Notes under the pieces: generated by a model | The model's input: only the letters and a program-made list of their open reading frames with translations | The model's database searches: none | Told to the model about the DNA's origin: nothing | In this document: positions 56,084-64,000 of the stretch, in pieces | Numbering within the stretch: position 1 is the stretch's first letter | Layout of the letters: each line of letters starts with the position of its first letter | Program-made: the position numbers and the translations under genes | Assembly: GCA_964016885.1 (NCBI GenBank) | Contig: OZ024746.1 | Location: forward strand, 9,300,001 to 9,364,000 | Reading direction: 5' to 3' | Source: Eledone cirrhosa | Taxonomy: Eukaryota | DNA length: 64,000 bases

Positions 56084-56680
56084 GGGGAGGGGCCGTGTGT
56101 GGACGAGAAGAGACAACAAGGAAACAAAAACGGAATGCCATCAGAGGAAACTGATGATATATGATATTTTAACGTTTGATACTCTAGGGATGGTGTCTTA
56201 ATGTTTCGAACGTTAATCCTTCATCGGAGGATGACGAGAGAAATAGTAAGATACATGAGATAATGAATGGGATTTTCTACCTCTCCAGCCAATGCAGGCC
56301 ATGAATATGAAATGTTGGCACCATACAGATATTGACCCTATTACTGAGATATGTGGAAGGAACCATTATGATCGGTGAGGGTGATGATGTTGGAAAGAAA
56401 TAGACAGATATTGTAGCAGTATCGGTAATAGGGACCAGGGCTAGGTGAAATCTTAGGTGAGGAGAGAAAGAATCAGGTGACAGAGGCACACTAAAGGTGA
56501 GAGATGGGGCGGTTTGGAGAGAAACGTGGGGTTCTAGGAGCGGAAAGGGGGGCTCGGAAGACTTAAAGGATTCGGCGCTGGAAAGGTAGGATATAGGGTG
56601 GTAAGTGAGGGGAAACTGAAGGAGAGTGATAGAGGTGTGGTGGTCATGAATAGCAGGGCAGAGGTGCGGTTGACATTATA
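56081..56680 (-). mobile_element. PLE-type 3' fragment with degenerate HHR 56196-56231
   Basis: tcct CCGATGA aggattaacgttc GAAA ca TT aaga; pyrimidine-rich sense strand; TA-flanked. Confidence 0.6.
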
Positions 56681-56917
56681 TATATGAGAAGGAGTCTAAT
56701 ATAAATGCATGGATATATATATATATATGCAGAATATACTATGTTAAAATATATAGCTTAAAAATGTAAAATACTGATATTTATATACAAAACTAGGTTT
56801 TGTATAGATATTTCTGCATTATTTTATCTCTACATTAGAGGATTGAGCATACTGTATTTATTACATAGAGATATAGCGAAAAATATATTGGGAAATATAT
56901 GTGTGTATTTGTGTGTG

Positions 56918-57053
<136 letters not shown>

Positions 57054-57116
57054 ATACGCAAACACGAATATATATATATATGAATATATGTTTGTGTTGT
57101 GTGTGTGTGTGTACAC

Positions 57117-57215
<99 letters not shown>

Positions 57216-57617
57216 GAGAGAGAGACATATATATATATAGAGAGAGAGATATAATGACCATAATACTCTCTTAATAGAAGAGATCTTACTATATTGACGT
57301 GAATGACTGTAAAATGATGGAATATCTAACCCAACACATTAAATGAGGTACACATTTGCGTTAATAGCAGATAATGTAATCAGTAGTATCAAATTTGTAT
57401 TAAATCAATTCTTAGACGAACAACAATAGTTGATCGCATTATATGTGCAATTCTCTTAGTTGGTGTTTTGTTATTTTTGGTGTTATGTTTTCACTTTGCA
57501 CTGTTGTCAAGTGTATCCTTAGAACTGAGCAGAGAATGTTTCCAAGCCGTAATGCTCCATTAGCACTGTCTATGCCTCTGATCCTCAGTATTTTATGTTT
57601 ATAAACACAGACACAGA

Positions 57618-57650
<33 letters not shown>

Positions 57651-57657
57651 ACACACA

Positions 57658-57696
<39 letters not shown>

Positions 57697-57700
57697 ACAT

Positions 57701-57751
<51 letters not shown>

Positions 57752-57890
57752 TAGTATATGTGTCTGTACTTTGTGATAAATATTTAAAGCAGGCAGAGCA
57801 CTCAATCCAAGGGACAGTTATTTATTACTAACAGATCCGGCAAACTCGAGACACATGTTTCGTTGATGTTGCCAATTCAACCGTCCTGAT
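57752..57890 (-). mobile_element. PLE-type 3' fragment with HHR 3' half
   Basis: gttga...tcaac GAAA catgtg TC; GAGTGC tail motif; microsatellite-flanked. Confidence 0.5.
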
Positions 57891-57905
57891 ATAAATATAC
57901 ATATA

Positions 57906-57968
<63 letters not shown>

Positions 57969-58129
57969 TACACACACATACAAACACATGCTTACGCTCG
58001 TGCTCAAGTATAGCCCTTTTTACAAAACGGTTTTTTTTCCATTTCAGGTAGACGCGCTCCATCATTCACTCTTCTAAAAAACAAATCATACACAAAACGC
58101 CAGCACAGATGTCAATATCGGATGTCAAT

Positions 58130-58337
58130 ATGAATGGACCTGTTATTTTTATCTAAAGACGTGTTTTCCAATTCCATCCCGCCCGTCCCCTCAATCTATT
58201 TTATTTGTCATTCTTTCTTCTGATGAAGGACTAGCGTCCGAAACGTTAAGACCCTCTTCCTGCTATATCAAGCATTAACCTAATATATACCTTCCATATA
58301 CTGTACCGATTGTTTTGTTATTTCTGTTTACCTTTGA
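58130..58337 (+). mobile_element. Family E 3' end with intact minimal HHR 58216-58251
   Basis: tctt CTGATGA a-ggac-tagc-gtcc GAAA cg TT aaga. Confidence 0.85.
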
Positions 58338-58476
58338 TATATATATATATATGTAAGAGGTGAGTTTTATTGTAGCACAATAAAGCAATGCAAATATCGG
58401 ATAAGTAGCACTCTACAGTTTGTAGGACTGGAGTATAAATAATATAAGATCAAAAGATGGTTAAAAGAGTTCCAAG

Positions 58477-58547
58477 TATTTTATTATGCGCATTTCAAAA
58501 ACAAATATCATCATGGGATGATATCTGCGTTCTCATCAGATAAAATA
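58477..58547 (-). ncRNA. Type I HHR (family B) in PLE terminal repeat
   Basis: tattttat CTGATGA gaa-c-gcagatatcatc-ccat-gatgatatttgt-t-ttt GAAA tgcgca TA ataaaata. Confidence 0.9.
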
Positions 58548-59629
58548 GGGAGACATGATATGAAGCTTAAAAAAACACTTGTGAACAGTGACGTTTTAAA
58601 TCAACATATGAAAAAAAAATTAAGATAGATGTATGAGATTGGGAAAAAAAGTGAGGGGTTGGGTTGGAAAAGGTAAGGAAGAGGAAGAAATAAGAGTAAA
58701 GGATAGTGGGGGAGGAGTATAAGAAGGAAGGATGAGAGAGGAGAAATGGCTGATAGAGAGAGAGAGAGAGATAGCCTTTACAACTGAGAAAATATTGTCT
58801 CACAGAGAGAAATTAAAAAACCATTGGAAGATAATAGATAATTTAAAAGATTTTGAAATTAAAAGTTAATGAGGTTTATGCACGAAGAAAAAGGAATTAA
58901 GAATAGTATTAAATTAAGGTTTGTATATTGAAGGGTTTAATAATGTGTGCGAAGAAAAGAATTTATTAATATGTATTATTAAAATAAAAAATATTAAAGA
59001 TATTAAGGATATAATGTGAAAAGAAGGAGAAGAATAAATGAGCTATGAATTTAGAGGAATTAGTTAGGGTTTAAGTTTGTTTTTATGTAGTGTAATATGT
59101 ATACGTATATAGTATGTTTAAAATGAGCGCGGAAGGAGAGGAGAAAAAAGAATGTTTAAGGAAGAAAATATCTAACGTCAAAAAGTATATATGTTTACGA
59201 AATATTTTCTAATGGTAATATTATAATATATTAAAAAGAAATTAGTTAGGGTTTAAGTTTGTTTTTATGTATTTTTATGTATATGTAAAAATAAAATTAA
59301 GTATTAGGTTTAAAACGCGAATAGAGAAGAAAAATTTAAGGAAGAAAAAAATATCTAACGTCAAAAAGTTTATGTTTACAAAAGATTCTAATGGTAATAT
59401 TATAATGTATTAAAAAAATAGTTTTAATGGCCAATAATATGAGGAGAGATGAAAGAATGGGTGATGCTGTAGTGAGTAATAATATGAATTGAGAAGTAAT
59501 TGGGAAGAATGACATAGAATGAGTAAATTGTTTATATAATATATTATACTGAAAAAAGGTAGAAAGATGGGTATATCTGTAAAAGATATTAGAGAAAAGA
59601 GGATATTAAAGTAATAAGGTATTGAGATA

Positions 59630-60810
59630 TTAGCTGTATACTTTATGGAATGTTCTATGGAATTTATGCAAGCAGAGCGAAAATAAAGCTGTGCGTCTAT
59701 TTATTATAGAATTGAAATTAGATATAATGGTAAATTGCTCGGCTAGGCAGAGATTACATGTTCTGGATAGGGAAGAATTCAGGTAAGGAAAGGCGGAACA
59801 AACCTTCCTCCAAGAGATGTTATAGTTAATATTTTTGTCTTTTAAGGACCATATGAGTTCAGAGAGTGCCGTGTTAGTTCTTTTAAGTTGGCATTTAAAA
59901 GACGATTTGTGATTATAAAATCTAGCTTTGAAGGAAGTGGAAGTGGAACCGAAGTAGGTAAAAGAATTAGTATCAGTTATAACCTTATATTCATAGACTA
60001 AGTTTTTATCAAGACAATGGTTATTAAGAGGACATTTAGTTTTAATAGGGCAATTACAATTACGATTAGAGAAATTAACAGAGTTATTAACAAGTGACCT
60101 AATATTATTTATAGAAGGAATTGGATTGGAGAAGTTATTTACGATAGGAACAATAGTTTCCTGATTTAGATTGGTATTATGAACATTCAACGAAGTTACG
60201 TTTGACGTCGTATTTAAATTTACAGAATCTAGCCTAGAGTTAACAATGACGTCGGATATACTACTGCTATTATTATGACGCTCAGTTCAAATCCCGCCGA
60301 GGTTAACTTTGCCTTTCATCCTTACGGGGGTCGATAAAATAAAGTACCAGTAATGCACTGGGTAATTGCTGGCCTTGTGCCTAAAGTAGAAACAATTATT
60401 ATGACGCTCAATTTTGGAAGGATGTAATTTATTATTTAATATTTTATTGTTGTGTTTAGAGATGTTGGAAGTGGTGGAATAAGAAAATTTAATTGTATGT
60501 TTGTTAAAGATTTTACTATAAATATGTGAGGTAGGAAAGCATTTATCTAAGACCCTAAAGAATAGTTTAGGAATATTATTATTAATAGATAGAGAAAAAG
60601 AAGCATTATACCAAATTATATTTTTGTATCTAGGTCTTTTATTTAAGTTATTGGAATGTTCATAATTAATTATTTTACTATAAGACCTTCGATGATTGGT
60701 TTCCTTACTGTATTTAATTTTATCAGGATAACCGGCTTTAGAAAGCACATTATTATACTAATTGACATTAGCGTCGAAGATATCTTTATTAGAGGATAGA
60801 TTTGAGATTC
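59630..60810 (-). pseudogene. PLE linker plus GIY-YIG endonuclease, interrupted by a SINE
   Basis: CNC...CPL...CL..NLVYEY...TYFGST...FKARFYNHKSSF...LSELIW...CNLCLAE; upstream IIWYN..FS...IFNKHTIKFSYS; removing 60285-60410 rejoins the two ORFs in frame. Confidence 0.9.
60285..60394 (+). mobile_element. 5'-truncated SINE family 1 with perfect 16-bp TSD
   Basis: attattatgacgctca at 60269-60284 and 60395-60410. Confidence 0.95.
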
Positions 60811-60814
60811 TTTA

Positions 60815-61071
60815 AGCACCATAAATTGAATTTGATAACAACGTCAAACTAGCTAACTTATTGGATATATCCCTTAATATTGACACTGGCCTATATTACC
60901 CTTACCATAAAAACAATGAGAATCTAAATTATGTTAATTTTAAATCTAACCACCCCACTAACATTAAAAATGCTATAGTCAGTAATATTGAAAAAAGAAT
61001 CTCAAATCTATCCTATAATAAAGATATCTTCGACGCTAATGCTAATTACTATAATAATGCACTTTCTAAAG
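60815..61071 (+). pseudogene. Inverted PLE RT C-terminal segment
   Basis: NLLDISLN...YYPYHK...YVNFKSNHP.NIK...RIS.LS: PLE RT thumb motifs. Confidence 0.85.
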
Positions 61072-61596
61072 TAAAAAGGCATTCGACAAACTGAACCTGT
61101 ATTTGTTGTGCTATGGTACAATGTAAGTTATAGAGCAGTAAGCATGTGGGACTGCAGTGGTGGAGAGTATGAAGGAATTTTGTTGGATACTTTGAAGGTT
61201 ACAAAAATCTACCCAATCTGATATAGACCGAACTGTTATATCGGATGCCGAACGCTTCGGAATTATTATTGGGATCACCATCAACAATTTCAAGGATGTA
61301 CGTTTAAGTAGGGATAATATAGTCTATGAAGAGAGGTAACTCTTTCAAAATACTAAAGAGTTGTCTCTCTTGAACATTGTAGATAAAATTGCCGAACTGA
61401 CAAAAAGGGCTTAAAGATTTAGTGAAAAAAACGCCTTTACCAACAGAAAATTGAAGAATAAAAGCAGCAGTTAATATCTTTAGACGGCAAGGAATATAGA
61501 AATGCAAGTTTGAAGTCAATCCGAGTAGAAATGTTGATTTGTATAGACTTTCCAAAATTAGAACACACACAGACAACTTCAGTTTTATATATATGT

Positions 61597-62797
61597 ATAA
61601 TAATAATAATAATATTGTGTACAGTCCTCAGGTGCACTACAACTCATCAAAGATATATGTATAGTACATAGAATAATGTACAAATATCAGGGAAGTGAAT
61701 AGTGTACGAGACATGATATACATGCGTGTGTATGGAGGGGATATCAGGTGTAGTGTTGGCAAATTTCAGGAAGCATGGAGGTTTTAAAGGATGCAGTGTC
61801 TCGACAGATAACAACTGAACCAGGAAGTTTGTTCCATGCTTCAGCAATTCTGAGCGTGAAAAATGTTTCCGAAAGTCATTGGAGCTGTGCTGTTTTCTGA
61901 CTTTGTTGACATGCCCACGTGTGTTAGACACATGGAATTCAAAAAAGTACTCAGGGTTGTTGTTGCCAAGATGGTTAATAATTTTGTGAGTGTTTACCAA
62001 GTCAGTTGCCAGACGTCGGAGCTTCAACGTATCCATGCCCAGGGAAGTAAGGCGTTCAGAGTATGGTAGATGCCTGATGGAGGATATTCGCTTGGTTGCA
62101 CGTCTCTGAACAGTTTCCAGGCGGTCAATGTTCTGAGCAAGATAGGGGTTCCAGACTGGTGGTGCAAATTCTAAGTGTGGCCACACCATAGCTATGTAGA
62201 GCTTTAAATAGATAGCTGGAGAGCGGCTGACAAAGGTTTTGCTGAGTGATGCTAAGACACTCTCGGCCGTCTTGACAATTTTAGAGACGTGCTTTGTCCA
62301 ACGCAAATCGCTGCTGGCAGTAATGCCAGGTCACGTTCACAAGAAGACGTGTTGTGGAGGCAGTATCTGGACGCTGGGTTTTTACTCCCAAAATGCATGG
62401 TGGTACACTTGTCCACAGCTAGCTTGAGTTACAAGTGCGTGATCCATTGCTGCATTGGGTGCAGGTCAGATTGCAGGCAAGATCTATAGTGTTCAGGATC
62501 TTTCCTTTTTATCTCAAGGTACAGCTTGATGTCATCTACATATTTCAGTACTGTGACATTCTTTAAGTTAGCATCTATGTCATTAATATATGCCACAAAC
62601 AAAAGGGGGCCAAGAACAGATTCCTGTGGTACACCGGATGACATCTCATATGGTGAGGAATGCTGTCCTAGAACCGTGACTACCTCTCTTCGACTGAGAA
62701 TGAAGGACTTCAACCAGTTAAACAGATCATCCTTCACACCCATTGCAGAGAGTTTTGCCATAAATCTTTTGTGTGGCACAGAATTGAAAGCTTTAGC

Positions 62798-62798
<1 letters not shown>
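61597..62798 (-). mobile_element. CR1-group LINE, 5'-truncated RT and 3' end with (TTA)n tail
   Basis: AKAFNSVPH, SGVPQESVLGPLLF..YIND, KYVDD, PHLEFA..VWNPY, LETVQRRATK, TRGH; frameshifted near 62310-62430. Confidence 0.92.
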
Positions 62799-62888
<90 letters not shown>

Positions 62889-62906
62889 CGTGTGCGTGAG
62901 CGTGTG

Positions 62907-62961
<55 letters not shown>

Positions 62962-63034
62962 GTGTATGTATTTGTTTTGGAATATTCTTGATGAAAATTC
63001 GTATGTTGAAATAGATATTGTTAAATTTATCGAT

Positions 63035-63383
<349 letters not shown>

Positions 63384-64000
63384 TATGTGTGTGTGTATGT
63401 GTGTGTATGTATGTATGTGTGTGTATGTACGTATGTGTGTGTGTATGTATGTGTGTGTATGTATGTATGCATGTGTGTGTATGTGTGTGTGTGCGTGTGT
63501 ATGTGCGTATGTATGTGTGTGTATCTATGTGTGTCTGTATGTATATATATGTGTGTGTAAACGTTATACCTATTGTTTTCATGAGTTGTTCTGTTTTCAT
63601 TCTAAGATTATATTGCTAAGAATACATTTTCTTTCTTATTTTATTCCACTGATGTTATCTGACAAAGAACTTTAATTTATTTCTCTATAGAAGATGAGGT
63701 AGTCCAACATGGCCGCTATCAAATATTTGAAACCAATAAAAGCAGAGATGCAAAGTGATGTTTACATTCTTAATTGTTTTTGTTGTTCAAACGTGATTAA
63801 GCGGCCTTATGATCAAAGGCTTTCCATTTGCGACACGGCGTCATTGTTCTCATTAGGATCGATATTGTCCAGTATATATTTCTTAGTTTTAAAGATGGTA
63901 GTATATAATTTTAAGGAGATATAGCTGCTATTTATAGGAAGTCGACATCTATGATAAAGGAGGCTCCTTTATTTGCTGGATATATATTCTTTTGTTCTTA

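Larger units (their letters stand above)
58352..61071 (-). mobile_element. 5'-truncated Penelope-like element: RT thumb (inverted), linker, GIY-YIG endonuclease, 3' UTR, HHR terminus
   Basis: Endonuclease ORF, linker ORF, HHR 58477-58547 on the same strand; 3' end in (TA)n. Confidence 0.92.

Noticed and set aside
61095-61570. Coding-like stretch between the PLE and CR1
   Set aside because: Multiple stops and no motif I could identify

Overview
AT-rich, microsatellite-saturated metazoan DNA that is intergenic or intronic. The repeat landscape suggests an octopus-like cephalopod (inference). I can support no intact host protein-coding gene; nearly all listed ORFs are microsatellite artefacts. 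Main signal: about 25 type-I hammerhead ribozyme (HHR) motifs from roughly 10 sequence families, found by eye. They lie in short 3'-terminal pieces of Penelope-like elements (PLEs) inserted into (TA)n tracts, usually as fold-back inverted repeats carrying one HHR per strand. Two loci link an HHR in cis to PLE GIY-YIG endonuclease coding sequence (7931-8595, 58333-61071). Three families carry the compensatory U3-A8 core (UUGANAA), several have greatly extended stem II (up to 115 nt), and a 51-bp minisatellite looks like an amplified degenerate HHR. Also present: about 20 copies of one tRNA-derived SINE, a second SINE family, fragments of CR1, RTE, CRE, R4/Dong, Tx1 and Ty3/Gypsy retroelements, a small TIR MITE and several minisatellites. 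Coordinates were read manually and may be off by a few bases. Ribozyme activity is predicted, not shown.
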